Shown one piece after another: positions 1 through 13,000 of a DNA stretch of 64,000 nt. Numbering within the stretch: position 1 is the stretch's first letter; each line of letters begins with the position of its first letter. Origin of the DNA: Lingula anatina (Eukaryota; Animalia; Brachiopoda); assembly GCA_051362555.1 (NCBI GenBank), contig CM120643.1:8556001-8620000 (forward strand), in the 5' to 3' direction. The position numbers were made by a program, and so were the translations under genes. The notes beneath the pieces are model-generated. The model was given only the letters and a program-made list of their open reading frames with translations, was not told the origin of the DNA and searched no databases.

Positions 1-1000
1 ATGGTAAATTCATCTTATTATCACATAGGTGATTTCAAAGTAATATTTGGCCTTATCAAGTATGTTTTTCATTGCATTAACAAAAATAAGTAAAATGTGT
101 ACAAAAGCCTGTTTCAGCAAAATGGTTAAAATAATATTTTCTAAGATCATTTCTTTGGAAGAACCTGCTAGAAGAGAAAACATATGTTGTGGGAATTATA
201 TACCAATATCATATTCACCATAAATCATTGACATAAAGAGCTAGTGCATCATATTTATGACCTTAATTGCAAATGGCCCATCGTAACAGCTAAAAATAGG
301 TACTTTTTGAACACATAATTGGCTATATTTTTGTAAATTGTAGTCCGATTATTATAATTCTTTTTATTATTTTGCTCATATGGACAGTGTCTTTGATATC
401 AGTCTATCAGCAATCTCTTATCGTAAATTGCTAATTTATCAGACACTTGTAACATTAACCAGATTTAATTGTTCACCCTGATTGTGAAACAGCCGACAAT
501 TTCCACGGCCATCGCTCCTTGCAATTAGCGTCCCTGCTTGAAAGGACATCTCATGTGGCCCTTGCGACTCGCAAGGCAGACGTTCCTTTACCTCTTCGCA
601 CTCCACGGCCTCCGCATCACCCAAAAATCGCAGGGGACGTACGATCCTGAAAGTCGTGCGTCCGGTTGTGACCGAGGCTTGATATATTGCTATACCATCT
701 CGTGATACATGCAGTTAAAACGTCAAGCGTCAGCAAAAGATACATCGGTTGCCCAACATTGTATGCAGTGTGTCAGCCCCCATGTGAAGACTTTCCATGA
801 CAATTTCTCCTCTCTATGCTGTTTGTGGTACAGTCTGAATGAAGCATAATATTGAACCATTGACATGTACGCTGTACAACCTGCTATTCTCAAAGTACAC
901 TTCTGTCGTGTTTCCAGTTGGATTAACCTTACTTACCTGAAAGAAACATAAGCCTACAACCGAACATACGGTAGCCGTGAGGTTACTGTTAACAAAGAGC

Positions 1001-4000
1001 ATGGACGCTGATGAGCTAGTATTTTTCGTTAATGGAAAGAAGGTATTTCGAATTTAATACGCGGTCACGTACTTATTGTCATCTATTACTGTTCTTTAGA
1101 TGAACTAAGAATTGTTTCTTAAACTGACCATAACTGTATCTACTGGAGAAAATACGGAATGCATTCTTGACAATATTTAACTCAGTTTTGGTTAAAAGTT
1201 CATATTTTCAGCAACGACTAGGGGAGACCGGGGCTAGTTGGCCCAGTTAGACACTTTTGGCCTTGAAGAGCCAACTGGGCATGAGTTAGAGTAACAAAAG
1301 TGGTTTTGAAGTAAGCACCATGAAGTAAGCTACGTATGCAACGTCATTATTTTTCAAATATAATGCCAGATGGCTCACAATTTGACGAAAAACGCTATTG
1401 ACGTCAGGGGGCCAACTTGCCCCGTCGCGGGTCAAGTTGGCACCCGGGTCGGGGCAAGTTGGCACCCTATACTTAAATGCAGTATTAAGCAGGTTTTTAA
1501 TAAATGAAAACGAATAATAAATTTTCATTTTAAAAGAAACTAACAAATTCAGTCTGAAACTGGTAATTATTTAACAAACCATTAACTTTGCTTTAACAAT
1601 GGTCTATAGCTCTGTTGCGCGCAAAGGATTGTGGTCTATATGAGGGTCCAACTTGCCCCGAGCCAAGGGGGGCAACTAGCGCCAGGTGCACAATTTTTAT
1701 ATTTAAGGATTGCAGCCGTTTATAGTGCAAGAATGGACTGCGATAAAACATTTTTGTAAAATTTCAAACAATTAGCTTTAGTTTGATGCCCTATACGTAT
1801 ACTTTATTCGATCAAAAGCATATGAAAATAGATTTTTAAATCTCTTAAACAAAATTACTTTTAGGTGCAGAAATCGTTTATTTGGACTCACCGCTTAAGT
1901 AAAACTTTTTAACGTCCGACACTTCCTTGGCATTGTAGGCTACGGTCACATTACAAGAGCAAGTGGCCAATTTTTTTTTTACCTCGTAGTTACTTTTTCA
2001 TAAATTGACGCGGGGGCAACTTACCCCGGGGTCCAACTAGCCCCGGTCTCTCCTACTGCACAGAATGGCAATTTCTACAGAACGTTTTTTTGCATAAGGG
2101 TGCAATGCGTACGTGATATAGGCATTTATGTTATATACGTATCAGTAACATACCTTTTTACCAGGGCGACAGATTGATTTTCCACAGATATTCACAGATA
2201 TGTCTACAGCATAAAATGTCCACAATAATAACTGCGACCCTGGTAGAGGGTACCAGTAACACTGCTTAAAGAAGCAACATAGGCCTATCTATAATCTAAT
2301 TCAAATAATTAATTTTTCACAGTCCTAAATACAAGAGCTACCTGGCTTGATAACAGATAAACTACAGGAGGCAGATTTCGTTAAATAAACATCTTTTCGC
2401 GAAATCCAGTGTGAAAAATTGTTCAATAACATGAACATCTGACGTCATAACTTTTAGATCATAGAAAAGAACGCCGACCCGGAGACGACACTGCTGCAGT
2501 ATCTGCGTAAAATACGTATCCTTTTGGACGTGCAACATACGAAACCATCAGCGCATAAAGTTATAACATCAAATTGTACTCATCGCACTTCGTCGTTTGC
2601 AAAACCATGACGATCTCATTCAGTTAAGCTGACGGCACTCAGCGAGAGACCCCACAGTGTTGGATCGGTCTACATGGACTGAGCGTGTCTCTGGGAATTT
2701 GCCCTTTTCTCGTATCTCTCTTTTCCTTGCTACAAATATTTATGTATCCTTTACTCCACGTATCAGTGCGTCTTCCTGGCACCAAACTTGGCTGTGGAGA
2801 AGGAGGATGCGGTGCATGCACAGTGATGATATCAAAGTACGACCAGGAACAGGACGAAATATTGTATCCTTACACGTTACTGTTATTTCCATGGGTCTTT
2901 CCTATGTAACCTTTATGATAAGTTGATTTTATACAGATTTATTTTCCCTAACTGTTGACTTGTCATTATGCATCCAATGCGTGTCTTGTTCCAATATGCT
3001 CTCTCCATGGTCTCGCTGTCACTACAGTGGAGGGGATTGGTAGTACGAAAACGAGGCTACACCCAGTTCAGGTATGGTGTGAAAAAGTAGAAGACATACA
3101 TGTACTGTGAATAATAATAAAAAAAATCATCCCTGATACATCTTTCATTCAAAAACAACCGTACCGGTATGGTCAAATTGAAGTTGTATATAATGCTTTT
3201 TAAAATATCATATGGCAACTGTAAACAGTTACATGCGAGCAAGTAATAAATCTTGGAATTATACCTGTCTCCAAGAAAATTTTTATCACTGAGATCTTTA
3301 ATAAGACATCGTTGCAGATAGTTGCCTTACTTGAAGCACAGTGCGGGGTAAAGCTGTATGTTATTCTGGAAAGCTACAATACAACTATTATATTTTTGTA
3401 TAACCTATTTAAGTACTGTTTTGCTAACTCTGTGGTCCTTAAGATTTAAGATTGGCTTAGGTCCGTCATTAATCCCATACCTAAAGGTGATGGTGTTAAT
3501 TTATGCGATCCACTAGAATATAGAGGAATAATATTATCATCTATTCTGAACAGGAGATTATCGAAGTGGGCCGAAGATAATGAAATAATAGTTGACGAAC
3601 AAAATGGTTTTAGACAAGATCGTGGGTGTTTATATCACATGTATGTAATGTCTAGTATTATAGAAAATAGTTTAAAGCAAAAGCAGAGCATATACGCGTG
3701 TTACATCGATGCAAGAAAAGCATTCGACAGAATTAATAGGTCTCTTTTATGGTATAAATTATTTAAACTAGGAATACGCGGAAATTTTATGAATTCCCTC
3801 CAAGTTCTATATGATAACCCAAAGTGCTATAACTATAAAACAGGTTTCTTTGACATTGAAACTGGAGTAAAAAACAGGGGTGGTTGCTGTCACCTTTATT
3901 CTTTGACATTTATATTAATGATATGGTACATGATCTTAAAGCTCTGGGTAAAGGCATTAATGTAAATGATGAGCTGATCTGCTCGCTCCTTTATGCAGAT

Positions 4001-7000
4001 GACGTGTTTTTGGCCAAAAATGAGAAGGATTTACAGTCAATGCTTGATGTAGTGCACAAGTGGTGCTATAAATGGCAGTTGACTCTGAATGAGGACAAGA
4101 CCCAGAAAGTTCATTTTAGGTCACCTAAAATACCTAGAACAAATTACGTTTTTAAATGTGGCAATTTTATAGTAAATATTGTTGAAAAATATAAATTATA
4201 AATGGCAGTTGACTCTGAATGAGGACAAGACCTAGGTAGTTCATTTTAAGTCATCTAAAATACCTAGGACAAATTATGTTTTTAAATGTGGCAATTTTAT
4301 AGTAAATATTGTTGAAAAATATAAATTCTTGGGTATGTGGTATATTGAGCACTTTGATGCGAATAAGACGGTATCATGTACAGCTAAGTCTGCAAGCAGA
4401 ACTCTAGGTCTTCTGATTGCAAAATGCAAGGTTTGTGGGGGCATGTTCTATGCATGCTTTACGAAATTATACGATGCACTTGTAGCTCCTGTGTTAGAAT
4501 ATGCTTCTGCTATATGGGGACTACAGGAATTTATTCAGATTAATGCTGTTTTCAATAGAGCTTGCAGGTATTTTTTGGGCGTGGGTAGGTACGCGCCAGC
4601 CGCTGCCTAGCGTTCTGAAATGGGATGGACTTCGCCTTTTGAAAAGCAGTTAATTAATGTGACAATTTTTTGGTGTAGATTAGTTAATATGGAGTGTAAT
4701 AGGTTAACTAAAAAGGTGTTTTTATGGAGTTTACGTGTATCAAACAATGGAAAGAAAAATTGGATAACTAGGGTTAAAGGTAAATTTAGTGATCTGGGAG
4801 TAAGCCATCTTTACTTTACTGACACTGATATACCCAAGACTAGCAAACTGAATTGTGTTAGGGAAAGTGTAGCTTTTGAATGTCACTCCGATTGGTGGGC
4901 GAAACTATGGGATGATACCCCACGCAGAAATGGAGATGGAAATAAGCTTGGGCTATTCAGATTGTTTAAGCAAGACTTGGTAGTTAGTGAATACGTTAAG
5001 AAACCAACTTTATTGCTCAAGGATCGGCGGGCATTGGCTAAACTGAGATGTGGGGTGGCCCCACTCAGAATAGAAACTGGACGGTATGAAAAACTTCCAA
5101 TCCTGGAGAGAACGTGTATACTCTGTGAATCAGGTTGTGTTGAGCATGAGATTCATTTCTCAATTAATTGTCCATTTCTTAATGATCATCGTACTGATTT
5201 AATGAGAACTGCTAAATGTTTTAAGCCGGATTTTGATTTATTGGATGAACAAAGCAAATTTCTTTTCCTGATTGACGGTCCGAAAATGATTTTTAGCACT
5301 GCCAAAGCCTGTAGACATTTCTTAGGATTAAGAAGAGATTTTATATATTTAAACTGTAATTAGTTTTTAGTCTCTCATAGTTCTCTATAGAACTGCCTTG
5401 TTGTAACGATTGTTTTAACTCTTATTGTTTTTATTTTTATCTTTATGGGTGACACTTTAATAAAATAAACTGAACTGAATGCACATTATTTTTAATGACG
5501 ATATCATTTGCCATCTTAGGAGATGATAGCCAAGTCCCACGGCACACAGTGTGGTTTCTGCACTCCAGGAATGGTGATGTCAATGTACACGTTACTAAGG
5601 AATAAGCCAAAGCCAAAAGAGGAGGAAGTGGAAAACATATTCCAAGGTACCGATTAAATCATGTTTCTTTGCAACCCCACGAATGAAAATATGTGCACTA
5701 TTTGTTTAGATATTTAATATTTATGCAATAACATTACGTTATTTTAATTTACCCAACATTATCTAATGCTATATAATATAACTTTACACTATTCTTTTAC
5801 TAGAGAGACCTTTCAATAAAAGCAGCCATCACCAGTCAAATTTCGAACACCATATTTGTGTTTGTCCTTTATTTATAGTTTCACTTGGGTTAATGAGGAG
5901 ACATAAAAACCACGTATTCCAATCCTTGAACAGCCGCGGCATAGTACACAACAGTTATAAATTTAAAAAATGGAATAGCTTGAATATCTGATGTTCATTG
6001 CGTTGTACGCAAAGTGTGTGGATACGTTTTGTATACATGTTAGCACTGAAGTTGGTATTGAAGATGCATATTATACAGGTCCTTTCTCTTCTTTCTCTTG
6101 ATAAGTGACTCTTGAGATACATGTGTACTTATTGACCAGCTCATTGGAATATTCATGCTATTCAGTCACACAGTTCTTGGTCATGCCTTCGCTTTCGCCA
6201 TGAATATGTAATTGAACATTAAGCTACGGTTTTAAAATGTCGATCCTTTTAGGAAACCTTTGCAGATGCACTGGCTACAGACCTATCCTTGAAGGATTCA
6301 AGACTTTCAGCAAAGACGAACCCTGCTGTATAGGAACCAAATGTTGTAAAAATCAGCCAAGTAACAAAGAGCATTTTCTTGATGCCGCTGAACCATGCGA
6401 CTTTGTGCCCTTCGATACGACCCAGGAACCAATATTCCCCCCTGAATTAAAAGTAAGCCCAAAAATGTTTATTGAGATATATTAAATTTATATTTCATCG
6501 GTCGTGTTTAGTAAATTCAACTCTGTGACGAACAATGTTAAAACGTTCCGTTGTGCAAAATAAAATTAAATCTTGCACAATTGGACCATTTTGCCTTTTT
6601 ACTTTTATCTTTGCAGATTTCGAATGGATTCGGGACAAAGTTTCTAACGTTCAAGAGTGAGAGGGTTACCTGGTTACGGCCTGTGTTCTTGAAGGATCTT
6701 CTGGAACTGAAATCCAAATATCCCAATGCTAGGATTGTTATTGGAAACACAGCTGTTGGTAGGTGATTAAAATTCTATTCCATCCCTATATCACATATCT
6801 TGTTACATTTTTGTATTTTGCAAAGAGAGTTGTCTAAGTTAAAGAGGGTTGTATTTTAATGTATTCCAGTAGGCCCCATGATAGGGAATCGATAAACTCA
6901 TTTTGATATACCTATGGCCTTCTATATATATGTGGACAAAGAGGAAAAACGTAGATGGTGTTGAAGGCATTGTTATCAAATGTTCTCCTTTGCCGTAGGT

Positions 7001-10000
7001 CGTGTCTATTACAATGTGTCTTTGTGAAGGGCATAATTTGTTGCACTCTCTAACAGAAGGCGTGACATAAATTTTATGCAAAAGCTCTGGCTGGACCTCT
7101 TTGTTTTACTATCAAATAAAACCAATTATTTCTACGCGGTATAAAACCCTTGTAACTCTGCGAAGTGCCCTCTGCTAAACGCACGTGGCATACAGATGAT
7201 CTGTCTCCACTCATGTCTGGTAAATAAGTCATGTGTTTTGGAAGGGTTTTCCAAAACTGTGCACATGAAAATCCTAGCTATCACAGTGGAGCCAGCAGTT
7301 TTAACTTAAAAGGTCGGAGCATTTTTAAATGCTTAAAAGAATCTTGAATGCCGTGAAAGGGACTTTTCGGGGACTTGCTCAGATTTCATCACAGAGCCAC
7401 AGCAGAGAAAGGTGTGCACATTTTTTCTGGAAAATATATGTTACTTTCTAGTGATATATCAATCTTTGGCCCTGGTATAGAGTACGTTTGTTAGTATTTT
7501 TGCATTCCAAACAGTTGTTTGTTTATGGATATTGTTCTTTTAACCCTTTTAAGGGTTGGATACAAAATACAGAAAAGCACATGCCCAAGTTATGATTGCT
7601 GCGACACACGTGCCAGAATTACATGAAGTCGCAGTGGATGACACAGGGATCCATATTGGTGGCGCAGTTACCCTTGCGAGATTAGGCGAGATTTTGACTG
7701 AAACCATCAAGAATACAACAGGTAGACAATACATGATGAAATACAGTGTTTTTGTTTTAATACAGTATTCTATGAAACCTTTCATTCAACTGTTTTTTCA
7801 TTCAACTGTTTTAAATTCTACTTCGAAGAAATGGTCAACTTGAATCTGCCTTAGGACTAAATGTTATGAATAAAAAAAAACATCACATATTAGGCTTTTA
7901 AAATGTTTTATGACCTGCGTAAAAACACTGTCCTGGGTATACTATTTTCAACTTCATTTTGTCTGAAATATTGTAATCAAAACCAATGTCTTTGCAGAAT
8001 ACAAATACAAGACCTTGGTAGCCATGCGGGGGATTATAAATGAGATTGCAGGACATCAAATTCGTAATGTAGCCGTGCGTCTCTCAAATGTTTGTTTTTC
8101 GATTTATATTGTATAACATTTAGAAAAAACTGTCGTTAACTATATCAGATAAGCCGCAGAAAGAAACAATACTATGTATTGCAAGAACACCGGCAACAAG
8201 ATGGGTTCTTTTTTAAAATTATTACCAGTGAAAGATATGTAAGCCAACAACTTGTCCTATTTCATACATAAAAACCTACGTTACGCTTGAAAACCAATTT
8301 GATTTCAGTCTTTGGCTGGGAATATTTTGTGGACACATCACAATTCCGACCTCGTCCCTCTCCTGATGGCTACGGGATCCACGATAACCCTGATATCGCA
8401 AGGTACATGAATTGCAATTTCTCCCCATACCAACGGACGCAAGAACCTTATGGTTTCATGCATAACTATCTTCTTGCTCGGCAACATTTTCAGTTATGGT
8501 ATATGTATATTGACCACTATTGACATAAATACTGTCATTTGAAGAGAAACGTTCTATGTTTTTAGTGAACGCCAACAATTTAAAAATATTGATGAGTTCT
8601 GCCTTTTCCAGTTACGTAGTACTTTAAGGATATTTCTACCCTTCGCCAAAATCTCCTTATTTGCTGCTATTGGATAACAGATAAATCTTCTATCCTTAAG
8701 AATTTTGCTTCTGTGCATGACCACACTGTATATTTTCCAATGCATATTTTAATGTATGTAATTAAATTTTTATTTTTAGAGGGTGGCCAGAGAAATGCTT
8801 TTTTGGACAACACTTTTTACATCAGACGCGGAAATTGGAATATTAAACCGGATGAGATTGTTTTGTCTGTTTTCATCCCTTTTTCCAAAAAGGTTAGCTA
8901 TATTTTTGCCCTATCAAGGTTTAAAGATGTAATTTGATTGTTTTTCCTAGTTTGCAGTTTGCATTAATATAACATGATACACAAGGGTGTGTTTACCTAT
9001 ATTTTGTCAGTGTGAATGTTGTTTTTTAATTAAAGTAAATTGTGAGTGATGTGAATTTTAAAGGTGGAAATTTTAAGGTCAAATTAAAATATGATTAAAA
9101 TGTTTTCCAGAATGAATTTGTGTTCGGATACAAGCAGGCACAGCGCAGAGAAAATGCAACAGCAATAGTGAACGCTGGGATGAGAGTTCTGTTTGAAGAT
9201 GGAGCCAATATTATTAAAGAAATGCAAATTGCCTTTGGTGCCATGTCTGAAACATCTTCGTTGGCCATAACAACAGCTAGGAGATGTGTGGGGAGGTATA
9301 CTGGCGTGGTTTCTTAACTTACCTATGAATAACTACGATTAGATATGCGACAGACTAGTAGTAGTTTTCCATGAACGTATTTCACATTTTGTGTTTTGGG
9401 GTATGTTGGGTAGTTTTGTAATTTAATGCTACTCTTTCATGTTAAAATAAACTGGTAACAACATGTACATTAGACGTGTTTTCTTTTCATTACAAATATA
9501 GAAATGTATATCATGACCAAGGCTGTATAAATTTTGTTATAAATTTCAGGTTATTTGTATTTGACGTCGAGGTGAAAACGTCAGAAATCTTTACAAGCGA
9601 TTTTTCTTCTTTGTTTCTTCTTTCTTCTTTGTTTTCTTTTTTGTAACGACCTATTTGAATTTGCCACTGACCTTTATTTAGTCATGCAGATATGGCAGTC
9701 TTGTTGTCTAGTTACAGGCTAATCTTGTTTCTTGCCATTTTTCTTTTTCTTGTGTCCGATTGACTGCAAACTAAATTCTGTTAAAATAACCTGTTATATT
9801 TTCAGAAAATGGGAAGACCAGCTGACATCAGATGTAGTCCAGTGGCTGGCGGAATACTTCCATTCACCACCAGAGGACATTGGTGGTCAGATGCCCTACA
9901 AGAGAGCACTGGCTTGCAGTTTCTTTTTCAAGTTTTTCCACAGGGTGCAATTAGAGTTGTGCAAACAGGTACATTCACAATTTCTTACCTACATGTACAA

Positions 10001-13000
10001 AATCGTCTTTACAAAATTGTAAAGAAACTAGTTTGAAAAGAAATTTAGTTAAAGGGCAAAATATGTTCTACGCAGTTAGTTGGGTACATAAAAAGATTTC
10101 GAAAGCAATTCAAATTCAAATTTACAACCAAAATTCATTGTACATTTTAGTCTGGGATGGAAGATGCAACAGTATCACCCCGGCAAACACTGGCACTTCC
10201 CAGTCTGACACGAAGCATCAGCCGAGGTACACAAGTGTTTGAAGAGGTCTCTCCTGACCAGCCAAAACACGACGCCGTTGGACGCCCATTGCAGCACAGG
10301 GCGAGCTTGCAACACGCCACCGGAGAGGCTCAGTATTGTGACGACATGCCACTGATTGACGGTACTTTTTGAAGCTTTCGGTTTTTTAACCAATGTGTTT
10401 TTTTTTTCAGCATTTGATGATTATTTTTATCATTTTGTCTCAACTGCGGATCAACAACACGTTTTATTTTGATCCCCTGTTATTTACCGGTACAATGTAT
10501 CTATGCATCTTCTAGTATATTTATCTATCGGTCTGTCTGTCCGTCTGTCCGTTCGTTCGTCCATCCATCTCTTTTCCACATTTGATTAGGTGAGCTGCAC
10601 TTGGCATTGGTGACTAGCACCAGAGCCCACGCCAAGATCCTCTCCATTGACACTAGTGAAGCACTTGCTTTACCTGGAGTAGAGGCATTCTTTGGCCACG
10701 AAGATGTACCAGGACATAATATAAAGATAGTTCTGACAGTTGGGGAGGAGATATTTGCTTCAAGGGAGGTACTGTATTGGTTTACTTGTACATGTACCGG
10801 GAAAATTGCTGAAACGTATTGGTTTATTTTGGTAATGGGGTGTATGTATTTCACAAAAAAATGTGTCTTTTTTATTTGGATTAGTTTTTATTGCTGAAAT
10901 CGGTCAGCCTATGATGAAGAGTCGACTGTGGACCATTGGTTAAAGAGAACATCAATTGAAGTAAAAACCATCACTGCACTGATATGTACTGGTAGAATCA
11001 AGGAGGGGCTTGAGAGGGGGGTAATTCTATATTTTTAAAGACACTTGCAATGCAATTAATCAAAATCACAGGAATTAGTCTTGTTTCTGATTAGTTCGCC
11101 TCCCATCTTAAAATTTGCTCCCTACAGTCCTGTACTTCAATATTGTAGGTGACGTGTTATGGCCAGGTGATAGGTGCCATAGTGGCTGACACCAAGACGC
11201 ATGCGCAGAGAGCAGCGAAGGCCGTAAAAATTGAGTACGAAGACCTTCCAACAGTGTTCACAATAGAGGTAACATAACTTAGTGCTATAGAATGTTTCTT
11301 TGGATTTTGTAGTGGTAACAAAAACAGAGAGAAAACAAGTCTTCTTTTTGAACTTAAGTAAAGTTTTTTTCAACAATTAGCATAACCCTTAGCAAAAAGA
11401 AAAAATTGGAGCAATATTGCAGCAAAATTGCGGCAACGAGTTCGCAGTAGTTTGCAAGAAATAAATTATTGCAGCAAATTTACTGCAAATATGCAAGAAA
11501 TAATTAATTGCAGTTTGCAGCAATATTGCAGCAAATTTGCTGCAAATTTGCAGCAGGTCTGATATTTTGCTAGGGGAAGTTACGGTATGTAATTAGGGTT
11601 TTAAAGTTAACAGACGGCCAATTTATAGGAAGCAATTGCCAAAGAGTCTTACTACCCACACGAAGCGAAGGCTCTCATCAAGTCAGGTGATGTAGAACGT
11701 GGCTTTGAGCAGGCTGAGCACATCTTAGAAGGAGAGGTCAAAGGTGGGGGGCAGGAACATTTTTATCTGGAGACGCATGCAGCTAGAGCCGTACCTAGAG
11801 GAGAAGATGGAGAAATTGAAATATTTTGTAGTACGCAATCTCCGTCGAATTCTCAGGTAATGTTACAACTCGCTTCTCAGTGCTTCACTGTGATGTGTAC
11901 TTAACAGGATTGGACTCTTTCGATTTAAGCCCGATTGGACTATAGTTACAATTTGTTGTCAAAGGACGCAGTCTTTATCTACTATCTAGAAAACGATGGG
12001 GTTGATGTTATTGTACATGTGCAGTAGGAGACAGCAACTAAATTTATTTTGTCTATTTTTTTTGTTTTAACTAATTTTTGCAATCCTTTACCTGCTTTGA
12101 AGAGTATTTTTATTCTAACATTTCATGGAAGGCTGATGTTGCTAGAGCCCTTGGCTTACCGATGAACAGAGTGTGTATCAGGACAAAACGGCTAGGTAAG
12201 TATTTAAGAAGATGTGTAAATCCTCTGACTGAGATAAATAAGTTTCCACTTGGATAGAGCAATTGGTCTTTAGCCACATTCAACAATTAAGTTGAATAAT
12301 CTTCTGAGTAAATATAGCTGTTCATAGCATACATGTATATATCCAATGGTATGGGTGTAACGTGTTTGTGACATGTACATGTAGCATCTATTCTGTGACT
12401 TTATGAACCTTTCTTCGTTTTGACGCTTTGTGGCAATGATATTTTTGGCATTTGTATCTCTACAGGTGGGGGTTTTGGAGGAAAGGAAACCCGTTATGTG
12501 ACTCTGATACCGGTAGCTATCGCTGCTTTCAAGTGAGTGGAACCCAACATTTTCTTCCAAAATTTGTTGTTATTTAGCAGTTTATATACGTTTTTAATAC
12601 AGAGAAGAGCTTTTACCATATTTTGAAGATATGTTCCGAATTTTTATGTATAATGAAAAAAAAAATCCAGGAAGCTAAGAATTCGGTTCATGGGTGACAG
12701 GGCTATATTTACAGGCCATGTGCAAGCCGGTGTAATGTGACAGAGAGTCCCCCATAACAGAGAGTCCCCTTCCCATTGATTAGTACAAATAAAATGAAAC
12801 AGAGAAGACACTTTTCAAACCAACTCTATGCAGTGTTATGTCAAGTCATCATGTGGAATATACTGTTTTACACAGGTTGAACCGACCAGTCCGTGGTATG
12901 TTGGATAGAGACGAAGATATGCTGATATCAGGGGGACGACATCCTTTCCTTGGAAAGTACAAGGTACATGTACATGTATGCTGCCATTTGGTTAGAATGT

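Noticed and set aside
2600-2737. H/ACA snoRNA in intron 2 (AAACCA box and ACA-AAT)
   Set aside because: The spacing does not fit the two-hairpin architecture, and the ACA sits almost on the branch box.
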